A stretch of DNA of 64,000 nt from a virus (Duplodnaviria > Caudoviricetes), in the IMG/VR virus record IMGVR_UViG_3300034061_004620; one strand, written 5' to 3'. Positions 29,576-37,863 of the stretch are shown here, one piece after another. How positions within the stretch are numbered: position 1 is the first letter of the stretch; each line of letters starts with the position of its first letter. The notes under the pieces were generated by a model that worked only from the letters and a program-made list of their open reading frames with translations, did not search any database and had not been told where the DNA came from. The translations under genes were made by a program, and so were the position numbers.

Positions 29576-30633
29576 TGAAAACGTTTCGCGAATATCTCAA
29601 CGAAGCAGAACTGACAGAAGGAAATCCTGCTGTTGGGGATATTTTTGAGTTAGAAATAGCCAGAGACGAAACTTTGCTCGAAACTTATATTGTTGATGTG
29701 TTTGAGGATGGAATAGTATTAGAAGCAGACGACACCATGATGAGAATTTTAACGCATGTTGGATATATAACAGAAGATTCAAACATGCCCACTGCTCGAG
29801 ATTCTATCAGTCCAATACATTCAAATGTGAACAGAGACAAAAGCTCCGATGACGACCTCATGGACAAAGACTCAGGTGCCACACCACCTGCTCGTCCTAC
29901 ACGCGATGCGGTAGACACTAAGCCGCTAACCGAGCCAAAAAACAAAAAAGATCCCAAAGACTACATGGTGCATGAGGCGCCCGAAGGATGGGGACAAGAT
30001 ACCATGACCAACAAAGACGGTTCGGTGATGAAATACAACCCCGATGATGACAGTTACAGCATGGTATCTCCTCCTACGGTAAAGCCTACTAAAACGTCAA
30101 TGTCGGTGATTGATACTCATAGATCACAAGATCGCAGCTCGTCTAAAGGAGATAGTACACACAAGCAGGAATTTACATCTGCTTCGTTTGCAAGAGATCC
30201 CAAAACTGGCGCAGGCGATTATTACATATCTCGATCAACAGATGATGATTACGACGATGACTTTCAGCAAGATGTAAGTGCCCCTTGGATGAACTATACG
30301 CAAGCCAAAGCAAAATATGATTCAGATCTTATGTTTGGTAAAAAAACAGCCATGCCTCAAGGGCCAATGAGTCAGTTCAGAGCACCAACCAATGAAGCCA
30401 AATATCAAGGTCGTGAAGTTCCGTTAGGCAAGAAGATGAAGGGCGATGTTAAGAAGAGTAAAGTGTATGTAAGAGGACCCAAAGGTAATGTAGTTAAAGT
30501 GAACTTTGGCGATCCTAACATGACAATCAAAAAGTCAAATCCAGCCCGTCGTAAAAGTTTCAGAGCAAGACACAATTGCGCCAATCCAGGACCAAGATGG
30601 AAAGCAAGGTACTGGTCATGTAGGAGTTGGTAA
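29575..30633 (+). CDS. Putative internal head protein (leader MKTFREYLNE) with a basic C-terminal RRKSFRARHNC..ARYWSC domain
   Basis: Start placed at ATG 29575 overlapping the upstream TGA; strongest CTS-like leader in the window. Confidence 0.65.
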   Translation: MKTFREYLNEAELTEGNPAVGDIFELEIARDETLLETYIVDVFEDGIVLEADDTMMRILTHVGYITEDSNMPTARDSISPIHSNVNRDKSSDDDLMDKDSGATPPARPTRDAVDTKPLTEPKNKKDPKDYMVHEAPEGWGQDTMTNKDGSVMKYNPDDDSYSMVSPPTVKPTKTSMSVIDTHRSQDRSSSKGDSTHKQEFTSASFARDPKTGAGDYYISRSTDDDYDDDFQQDVSAPWMNYTQAKAKYDSDLMFGKKTAMPQGPMSQFRAPTNEAKYQGREVPLGKKMKGDVKKSKVYVRGPKGNVVKVNFGDPNMTIKKSNPARRKSFRARHNCANPGPRWKARYWSCRSW

Positions 30634-31418
30634 TGACAGATCCAAGATTTTTTAGACAGTATTTAGAGATATTAAAAGAAGGCCCTCCTGCAGGTGTTGG
30701 TCCTAATGCACCTATAAAACAACCTGTGCAGCAGCCAGCTAATACCAGTCAAGAACCAAGCCAATTTCAACAGGCCAAGGATGCAGTAGGGCAACAATAT
30801 CAAAATTACAAAGATATATCGGGACAACTTGATCAAGGTGTACAACAAGGATTAATCAGCAAAGATGTGGCCGATAAAACAAGAAGTTATGCACAAGGTT
30901 CAATGTTAAGAGGTGGTTGGGAGGCAGGTAAAGCAGCAATGCAAGGTCGTGATCCATCATCGGCCTATGTAGGTAGCTTGATTAGATCAATGGGTAATTT
31001 GGCTGCTGATTCTGGTCTTGATGATGCTGCAAAAAAACTTGGACAATTTGCAAGTCAGTATCGAGGTCCTAATGCCAAAGATATAACAAAAGATCCCGCA
31101 TACCTAAAAGCATCACCGGAACAACAAGCACAAGCCCGTAAAGATTTTGAAGCAATTAAATCATTGCCTGATGATGAATACAATTATATTTTTGGTGGCA
31201 ATGCGTTTAAGGAACGTGGCGCACAGGCAGCTCAAGTTGGTCAAGACATGATTGATCAAAAAGATTGGGGTACAGGTCGTAGCGCAGGGTTTTCACCAAA
31301 AGCAAATGAACTTTTTGGATTAGATCCAACTCGTCAGGCAACTGATGCAGAAATGCAAGCGGCAGCAACAGGTACCAACGAAGAATTAGATAGACTCAAA
31401 CAACTTATTAGAAGATAA
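30633..31418 (+). CDS. Putative internal head protein (leader MTDPRFFRQYLEILKE)
   Basis: TAATG coupling; Q/G/A-rich; ends EELDRLKQLIRR. Confidence 0.55.
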   Translation: MTDPRFFRQYLEILKEGPPAGVGPNAPIKQPVQQPANTSQEPSQFQQAKDAVGQQYQNYKDISGQLDQGVQQGLISKDVADKTRSYAQGSMLRGGWEAGKAAMQGRDPSSAYVGSLIRSMGNLAADSGLDDAAKKLGQFASQYRGPNAKDITKDPAYLKASPEQQAQARKDFEAIKSLPDDEYNYIFGGNAFKERGAQAAQVGQDMIDQKDWGTGRSAGFSPKANELFGLDPTRQATDAEMQAAATGTNEELDRLKQLIRR

Positions 31419-31873
31419 TGAGCGATCCAAGATTTTTTAGACGATACTTAGATATTCTTGACGAACAACCTGTCACTGCAAACATTGATGACTACACAAG
31501 CGTGACTGTTGATCCTACAGCAAAAAATCTTGCAATGCAAACCAAGATTGGGGACTTGGATCTCAAAGCAACGCATGACCGTTCCGCAATCCCGGCCAAT
31601 CAAATTTCAGCCAATTACCAAGTGGACCCTAAATTAAAGGTTGGCGGCACACACACTCAAGCAGGATATAAAGGACAAATGACTCCTACCACTCAAATTT
31701 CAGCCAACTACGACGATCCTGATGTTGGTAAAGCTGATCTACAAGTAGATAAAGGTGCCATGTTCCAGGGTGCAGGAAAAAATATTCAGCAAGGAAATCC
31801 CGCTATCGTAACTGCCAAATTTACAAACCCACAAGGCCAAACAGCCACTTACAATACAAACAGAAACTTATAA
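31418..31873 (+). CDS. Putative internal head protein (leader MSDPRFFRRYLDILDE), beta-strand-rich body
   Basis: Leader nearly identical to that of the preceding gene; internal repeat TQISANYQVDP / TQISANYDDP. Confidence 0.55.
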   Translation: MSDPRFFRRYLDILDEQPVTANIDDYTSVTVDPTAKNLAMQTKIGDLDLKATHDRSAIPANQISANYQVDPKLKVGGTHTQAGYKGQMTPTTQISANYDDPDVGKADLQVDKGAMFQGAGKNIQQGNPAIVTAKFTNPQGQTATYNTNRNL

Positions 31874-31882
31874 GGAAAATCA

Positions 31883-32317
31883 ATGAAAAAATTATTAGCA
31901 ATTCTATTATTAGCACCTACTCTTGCACTTGCTCAAAAACAACCACAAGGTGTTATGTATGATGCACAAATTGTGAGAGTAAACGATGGCGACACAGTAG
32001 TCATTGCTGCTCCATTCTTGCCAGCTCCACTCAAGCCCGAGTTGGCTGTGCGTGTTTATGGAGTGGATACTCCTGAAAAAGGCCATAGAGCCATGTGTCC
32101 AAGCGAAGCACAAAGAGGTGAAGCAGCCACAGCGTTTACAAAAAATGCAGTGGCCAAATCAGTCAAGCGTCAGGTAGTGCTTTACGGTTGGGACAAGTTT
32201 GGTGGGCGAGTATTAGGCGACATGATTCTTGATGGACAAAGCTTGCGAGCTCAACTTATTGCCAATGGATACGCAAGAGAGTATTATGGTGAAGCCAAAC
32301 AGTCATGGTGTAACTAA
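31883..32317 (+). CDS. Staphylococcal-nuclease (thermonuclease) family protein with Sec signal peptide
   Basis: VNDGDTV, VRVYGVDTPE, DKFGGRVLG, LIANGYAR; N-terminal MKKLLAILLLAPTLALA; SD AAGGA. Confidence 0.9.
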   Translation: MKKLLAILLLAPTLALAQKQPQGVMYDAQIVRVNDGDTVVIAAPFLPAPLKPELAVRVYGVDTPEKGHRAMCPSEAQRGEAATAFTKNAVAKSVKRQVVLYGWDKFGGRVLGDMILDGQSLRAQLIANGYAREYYGEAKQSWCN

Positions 32318-32372
32318 AGGACCAGACACACCTGATGACGATCGTCCGGTTGTGCCTTACAGTGATCATTAA

Positions 32373-32540
32373 ATGAAATGGATTTTTGTTCTAATGGTGT
32401 TAGTGGTTGATGATGGAGTATGGAGAGCATGGAACAGTTATCCTACTTTAGCAGAATGCGACGAAGTTATACAAGTGATAACTCATCATAGAGAAGAAAA
32501 AATTAAAGCCTATTGTTTGGCCAGGCAAGTAGATGAATGA
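32373..32540 (+). CDS. Small hypothetical protein (55 aa, hydrophobic N-terminus, two Cys), missing from the ORF track
   Basis: MKWIFVLMVLVVDDGVWRAWNSYPTLAECDEVIQVITHHREEKIKAYCLARQVDE; overlaps the next start. Confidence 0.55.
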   Translation: MKWIFVLMVLVVDDGVWRAWNSYPTLAECDEVIQVITHHREEKIKAYCLARQVDE

Positions 32541-32742
32541 TATTGAACAATTACGAGTATTAGCTGGTATTAGTAACCGTGCAGTGATGCAGGAGTACAA
32601 AGGCTTTCCGGGTAGTAATATCTCTGTTACCGGAAATGAAAAAGGCGAACTCATGAAAAAACATGACATTCGCCCCGGTACTGATGCTTGGTTTAAACTT
32701 TGGTTCAGCAAGCCATATTTAACTGGTGAACGGCCAATATGA
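32533..32742 (+). CDS. Small conserved phage protein with N-terminal EQLRVLAGI motif
   Basis: 69 aa; K.ELMKKHDIRPGTDAWFKLWFSKPYLTGE. Confidence 0.65.
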   Translation: MNDIEQLRVLAGISNRAVMQEYKGFPGSNISVTGNEKGELMKKHDIRPGTDAWFKLWFSKPYLTGERPI

Positions 32743-33689
32743 GAGTCTTAGTTGATCAACTTTATGCTCATGTTGTTCCGTCAAATTTAACATACGATTT
32801 TTTAGATCAAAAGATAGATATTGATTCTTTAAATTATCAAAGTAATAAAGTAAACATAGTTGATCTATCACAGAATTGTCTTACTGAACTTGATAAACAA
32901 GCTTATCATAAGTTTTTGCAAACTTCCGATTCAGTAATAATTTTACATCCTGACCCAAGAATACACGACGAGTCAGTAATTTATTATCCGTTCTGGCAAA
33001 TTTATGGAATGCGTGAATGGGAAAGAAATAATTTCACTTATTCAAGAAATTGTATAATGAGTTGTCTTAACGGGAATCCGCACGAACATCGGTGGTATAT
33101 TTACAGAAATTTAATAAAAATGGATTACAATGATGTTATGTATTCATTTCATAATAATTCTCATTACGATTTAAATTATACCAATTGCGGATCAGAACTA
33201 TCTCATTATTTCCAACAAGAAAAACATAGTTTTCCGGAACGATCCAGTAATGATTTATCAATATCTCACGACGCCTATAAAAAATCTTTTGTAAATCTTG
33301 TTACAGAAACATCAATTGAGGACAACTTGTTTATAAGTGAAAAAACATGGAAACCAATTGCAAGCGGCCAGTTCTTTATAATTGCAGGCCCAAAGGGAAT
33401 TATAAAATATTTACGCGAAACAGGAATAGATGTCTATGACGATATAGTTGATCACAGCTATGACACGATTGCAGATTGGAGAATTAGAATGGACGCGGTA
33501 CTCCAATCTGTTAATAAGTTAATCAATCAAGATCTAAATATGCTGTTTGCACAAACTTCGGCACGTAGAAAACAAAATGTTGAACATTTTTTTTCGGGTA
33601 GTATAGCACAACCCTATTTAGAAAAATTAGAAAAACTAATTAACTCTAAGCTGCCGCAGCATCTCTACCCAAATACTGATTCCATTTAG
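32739..33689 (+). CDS. Glycosyltransferase-like protein (GT10 fucosyltransferase-like C-terminal motif)
   Basis: FVNLVTETS..FISEKTWKPIASGQFFIIAG..DHSYD resembles the GT10 F.L..EN..Y.TEK motif. Confidence 0.45.
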   Translation: MRVLVDQLYAHVVPSNLTYDFLDQKIDIDSLNYQSNKVNIVDLSQNCLTELDKQAYHKFLQTSDSVIILHPDPRIHDESVIYYPFWQIYGMREWERNNFTYSRNCIMSCLNGNPHEHRWYIYRNLIKMDYNDVMYSFHNNSHYDLNYTNCGSELSHYFQQEKHSFPERSSNDLSISHDAYKKSFVNLVTETSIEDNLFISEKTWKPIASGQFFIIAGPKGIIKYLRETGIDVYDDIVDHSYDTIADWRIRMDAVLQSVNKLINQDLNMLFAQTSARRKQNVEHFFSGSIAQPYLEKLEKLINSKLPQHLYPNTDSI

Positions 33690-34176
33690 GATCTTTTACT
33701 CTAAATGGACTGTTTTTCCATGCCGCCGCTAATGCCCAATAATCCGGGCGATATGGTTTGCGAACAGGTTTCATAAAATTTTTGTCAGCTTTTTTAAAAT
33801 TACAGGCTTTGCAACTGGTTACACAATTGGTCCATTCAGTTTTGCCACCTTGACTTATAGGGGTAACGTGATCAATCGTAAGATCTTGGAAATCGAATGT
33901 ATCTTCACAATACTGGCACTGATAAAGGTCGCGTAGATACATGTTGTATCTTGTGAAGTTGACCTTGCGTTTAAAATTGAAATATTCGCGAGTGATAGCA
34001 ACACTGGGCACATTGATAGCAAGCTTTTCGCTCCTTATAATCCAGTCTGGGTATGTTTCAATCACCTGAATTCTACCCAGATACATGAGCTTGACAGCAT
34101 GTTGCCAGTGGATAACACTTAGCGGGAGTACACTAATTGGAGTGTAATCTTTATTCAAAAGTAAAGTATGTGACAT
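33646..34176 (-). CDS. HNH endonuclease (McrA/HNH_5-like)
   Basis: RDLYQCQYC..LTIDHVTP.SQGG.TEWTNCVTSCKACNFKK; start at MSHTLLLN (34176). Confidence 0.9.
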   Translation of the reverse strand: MSHTLLLNKDYTPISVLPLSVIHWQHAVKLMYLGRIQVIETYPDWIIRSEKLAINVPSVAITREYFNFKRKVNFTRYNMYLRDLYQCQYCEDTFDFQDLTIDHVTPISQGGKTEWTNCVTSCKACNFKKADKNFMKPVRKPYRPDYWALAAAWKNSPFRVKDPKWNQYLGRDAAAA

Positions 34177-34190
34177 AAGTAATTTATATG
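34174..34190. promoter_or_regulatory. Overlapping divergent late-type promoters between two start codons 11 bp apart
   Basis: Plus strand TAAGTA-6 nt-ATG (terL); minus strand TATAAATT-4 nt-ATG (HNH). Confidence 0.55.
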
Positions 34191-35756
34191 AAAACCAATG
34201 ATACAACTATTATAAAGAGTCCGTACCAAAAGGTCAACTTTTCTGAGGATCAAATTGTAGAGTTTATGCGATGTGCTGATCCTGAATCGGGACCAGAATA
34301 CTTTATGAGCAACTATTTCTACATTCAGCACCCGGTTCGGGGAAAAATGCTATATCAACCTTTTGAGTATCAACGGAAACTTATAGATACTTATCACAAT
34401 AATAGATTTAGCATCAGCCTGATGCCTCGACAAACCGGCAAAACCACAAGTGCCGCAGGATACTTGCTTTGGTTTGCTATGTTTAGACCAGATTCAACCA
34501 TATTAATTGCAGCACACAAGTATACCGGTGCCCAAGAAATCATGCAACGTGTTCGTTATGCCTACGAACTATGTCCAGACTGGATCAGGGCAGGTGTTAC
34601 CAGCTATAACAAAGGATCAATTGATTTTGAAAATGGAAGTCGCATTGTAAGCCAAACAACAACAGAGACTACCGGCCGAGGTATGAGTATTACCCTACTA
34701 TACTGTGACGAGTTTGCATTCGTTAGACCCACAATTGCCAAAGAGTTTTGGACTTCAATATCACCGACACTCAGCACTGGAGGTAAAGCAATTATTACCA
34801 GTACACCTAATAGTGATGAAGATCAATTTGCGTTTATATGGAAACAGGCAAATAAAACCATTGATGAGTTTGGAAATCCACGAACAGATGGCTTGGGCGT
34901 AAATGGATTTAAAGGATATCAGGCCAGCTGGTGGGAGCATCCAGATAGAGACCAACAATGGAAACAAGAAGAGATTGGTCGAATTGGGGAAGAACGTTTC
35001 AGACGCGAGCACGGGTGTGAGTTTTTGATCTATGACGAAACCTTGATTAACTCAATTAAACTGTCAGAACTGGTGAGTAAAGAGCCGCTTGAATTACAAG
35101 GACAAGTAAGGTGGTTTCAAAAACCGCAGAGAAACAAAACATATGTGATTGGACTTGATCCCAGTTTAGGAACAGGAGGCGACTATGCAGCAATTGAAGT
35201 TTTTGAATTGCCTACGATGGTACAAGTGGCCGAGTGGCAGCACAACAAGACACCTGTGCAAAGACAAATCGCTATTCTTAAAGAAATTTGTGAGTACATA
35301 TACGATACCGTTGGTACTACCAATGACATATACTATAGTGTAGAGAATAACACCTTAGGTGAAGCAGCCTTGGTAGTTATAGCAGAATTTGGCGAAGAAA
35401 ATATTAAAGGAACGTTTTTAAGCCAACCTATAAAAGCCGGGCAAGCAAGACTTCATAGAAAAGGATTTACAACTACAAATAAAACAAAATTAGCAGTATG
35501 CGCCAAATTGAAAAATTTAATTGAAAACAACAAAATGACACTAAACAGTAAAAATTTAATTAGCGAGCTAAAAACATTTGTAGCCAGTGGCGCAGGATTT
35601 GCAGCCAAAATTGGAGAAACGGACGATTTGGTATCAAGCACTTTATTGGTACTTAGAGTAATACAGGCTTTGCAAAGTTTTGATGCAGAGCTTGATGAAA
35701 AATTACGTGACAAAACTGATGACTACTTGGCACCAATGCCATTTATATTGGTATGA
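34188..35756 (+). CDS. gp17: Terminase large subunit, T4 gp17-like
   Basis: Walker A MPRQTGKTT, Walker B LLYCDEFAF, STPN, nuclease GLDPSLGTGGDY and TDDLV. Confidence 0.97.
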   Translation: MKTNDTTIIKSPYQKVNFSEDQIVEFMRCADPESGPEYFMSNYFYIQHPVRGKMLYQPFEYQRKLIDTYHNNRFSISLMPRQTGKTTSAAGYLLWFAMFRPDSTILIAAHKYTGAQEIMQRVRYAYELCPDWIRAGVTSYNKGSIDFENGSRIVSQTTTETTGRGMSITLLYCDEFAFVRPTIAKEFWTSISPTLSTGGKAIITSTPNSDEDQFAFIWKQANKTIDEFGNPRTDGLGVNGFKGYQASWWEHPDRDQQWKQEEIGRIGEERFRREHGCEFLIYDETLINSIKLSELVSKEPLELQGQVRWFQKPQRNKTYVIGLDPSLGTGGDYAAIEVFELPTMVQVAEWQHNKTPVQRQIAILKEICEYIYDTVGTTNDIYYSVENNTLGEAALVVIAEFGEENIKGTFLSQPIKAGQARLHRKGFTTTNKTKLAVCAKLKNLIENNKMTLNSKNLISELKTFVASGAGFAAKIGETDDLVSSTLLVLRVIQALQSFDAELDEKLRDKTDDYLAPMPFILV

Positions 35757-36304
35757 AAATAACTGCTGTCGATGACAAAAAAGATTTATTTCTTGTAGAA
35801 GATATCTTACCTGACAATATAATCGGCGCGATACAACAATTGGATCTTGATAGTTTGGATTGGGAATTACAATCTGGGCAAGAAGTATGGAAAAGAAAGA
35901 AGCTGATTCCGCCCGCGTCATGTGTTTTAAACGACGTAGATCCCTATTTAAATTCAGTGCGATTGCAAATAGCTGACACGATTGGAATAGAATTAGTAGA
36001 ATATGATTGTTGGAGCAGTTTCTGGTATGATACAGAAGGTTTTACCACAGATATTCATTTAGATGGTACTTTGCCAAATGCTATGCAGCTATATTTAAAA
36101 AACGGTCCTGAAAATTTTGGAACAGTATTTTATTACAATAATAGCGTGCCGTGGAAAGTAAGGTATAAATTTAAATACAAACCAAATACAGGGTATATAA
36201 TGTTAAACAATCCTGATCAATGGCATGCTGTGCCTGTGGTTCTGGCAGCAGGACAATCCAGGTTTAGCAGTTACACTTACTTTGGTAACTATAGCCATAA
36301 ATAA
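35753..36304 (+). CDS. 2OG-Fe(II) oxygenase
   Basis: HxD (IHLD), GTVFY, NTGYIM, distal H (WHAV), RxS (RFS). Confidence 0.8.
   Translation: MKITAVDDKKDLFLVEDILPDNIIGAIQQLDLDSLDWELQSGQEVWKRKKLIPPASCVLNDVDPYLNSVRLQIADTIGIELVEYDCWSSFWYDTEGFTTDIHLDGTLPNAMQLYLKNGPENFGTVFYYNNSVPWKVRYKFKYKPNTGYIMLNNPDQWHAVPVVLAAGQSRFSSYTYFGNYSHK
36298..36303 (+). promoter_or_regulatory. Late promoter TAAATA, near-leaderless
   Basis: 7 nt before ATG 36311, no SD. Confidence 0.65.
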
Positions 36305-36310
36305 TACATT

Positions 36311-37762
36311 ATGCGTGAATTAGATAAAATATCAGCTGCTTTATTTGACAAAATACGTGCTCGCTTTGATCATGTGAATATTGGCGACGAAAATGCCCAA
36401 AGAGTTACAGACCCAGAAAAAGCAAGATTTCTAAATTTTGATTACATCAGCGAAGATGGTGAGAATTTTGGTAATGTTACTATCAGTCTAATAGATGAAG
36501 ACAGTTTAAAAATCTACTTTGGCGCAAATATTACCGAAGCACTGGACGAAGAACAAGAAACAGAATGGTATAAATTTTTGCGTGGGCTCCGCGAGTTTGC
36601 AAGACGTAACATGTTGAATTTTGATGTTAGGGATATTAATCGTAGTAATTTAGATCTTAAAGACATTAAACAACAGAGTGTATCAGACGCCACTTACGAT
36701 AAAGAAGAATTGGCCATTGCCGAAGGAAGATTGTACGGACACGGCAATAACCGCAGAGTAAGTTTCGGTGATGTAGGCGAACACAAACTTATTATCAAGC
36801 ACAGAGATCAAATTGATCCAGAACGGCACGGTGCAAGAGCCAGACAAATAGAACATGTGTTCATCGAAACTCCAGTTGGAGAAAGATTCCTATTAGATCA
36901 TACCAATTTACATGGTGCCAGAGCTACAGCCAATCATTTACGCCACGGTGGTAACATTGGCGACGAAGGTAGTCAATTAATTAACGAAATGGTCAAAGAA
37001 ATGGCCAGCATGCGCCATTTTGTGCGTTCGATGAAAAATAGAACATTTGAAGATGCTGAAACTTCGGGCATGGTGGAAGCAGCCATTTATCGCTACAACG
37101 AAGTTAAAAATAATTTGAAACGTTTTCAAGGTCGAAAAGGCCATGAATTACTAATAGACATGTGTGATCGCCGTTACAATGACATGGACGAAACAGTGGA
37201 TGTAGACTCATTGCGCGAGCGTTTTGTGAAGAAAATTTACGATGATAGGTTCAACGAAGCACTACCATATGTTTATCGTGCATACAAAAACAAACAAAAA
37301 ATGGACACACCAATGACAGTGGAATTTGAGTCTTGGGCAAATGAAATTACTGAACAGACTTGGGATGAGGATAATGACGATAGAGATGAACAAGATTTAA
37401 CAGTGCTCATGCAAACTCCTATCGCAGTAGGTGTAGATGCATCAGATGGTATAGCTGCTATTTCTAACATCAATTTTTTACAAGACGATGAATTAAAACA
37501 AGCACTATTAAAATTGAGTCAGGTTCAAGGTCCAGATGCTGATGCAAGACGTACAATAGTTGGCTGGCTGGCTGCAAATGGAGAAACTGCATTAGCGAAC
37601 CAATTTATGCAAGTACTACAACAACAAAATACTAACACACAGCCAGCACCACAGCAACCGGTTCCACCACCTCAACCAGTAGGCGCAACCACAATGGATC
37701 AACCGGTAGTACAAGAAGATTTAGGATTTTTACGCAAGTTGGCAGGTTTGGTTAAAAAATAA
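36311..37762 (+). CDS. Conserved hypothetical late protein ending in VVQE-DLGFLRKLAGL
   Basis: 483 aa; late promoter; C-terminal LxxLAG motif shared with the putative head proteins. Confidence 0.65.
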   Translation: MRELDKISAALFDKIRARFDHVNIGDENAQRVTDPEKARFLNFDYISEDGENFGNVTISLIDEDSLKIYFGANITEALDEEQETEWYKFLRGLREFARRNMLNFDVRDINRSNLDLKDIKQQSVSDATYDKEELAIAEGRLYGHGNNRRVSFGDVGEHKLIIKHRDQIDPERHGARARQIEHVFIETPVGERFLLDHTNLHGARATANHLRHGGNIGDEGSQLINEMVKEMASMRHFVRSMKNRTFEDAETSGMVEAAIYRYNEVKNNLKRFQGRKGHELLIDMCDRRYNDMDETVDVDSLRERFVKKIYDDRFNEALPYVYRAYKNKQKMDTPMTVEFESWANEITEQTWDEDNDDRDEQDLTVLMQTPIAVGVDASDGIAAISNINFLQDDELKQALLKLSQVQGPDADARRTIVGWLAANGETALANQFMQVLQQQNTNTQPAPQQPVPPPQPVGATTMDQPVVQEDLGFLRKLAGLVKK

Positions 37763-37773
37763 TAAATTTATTA

Positions 37774-37822
37774 TTGACTTGCTAAATACAATTGTTATAC
37801 AATTGCACGGTGCAGTTGTATA
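37774..37822 (+). promoter_or_regulatory. Dual promoter and hairpin upstream of gp32
   Basis: TTGACT (37774)-18 nt-TACAAT; TAAATA 37783-37788; 12-bp hairpin 37796-37822. Confidence 0.6.
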
Positions 37823-37863
37823 TCCAGGCACAAACATTATGGCATTTTATAAGGAGAAACATT

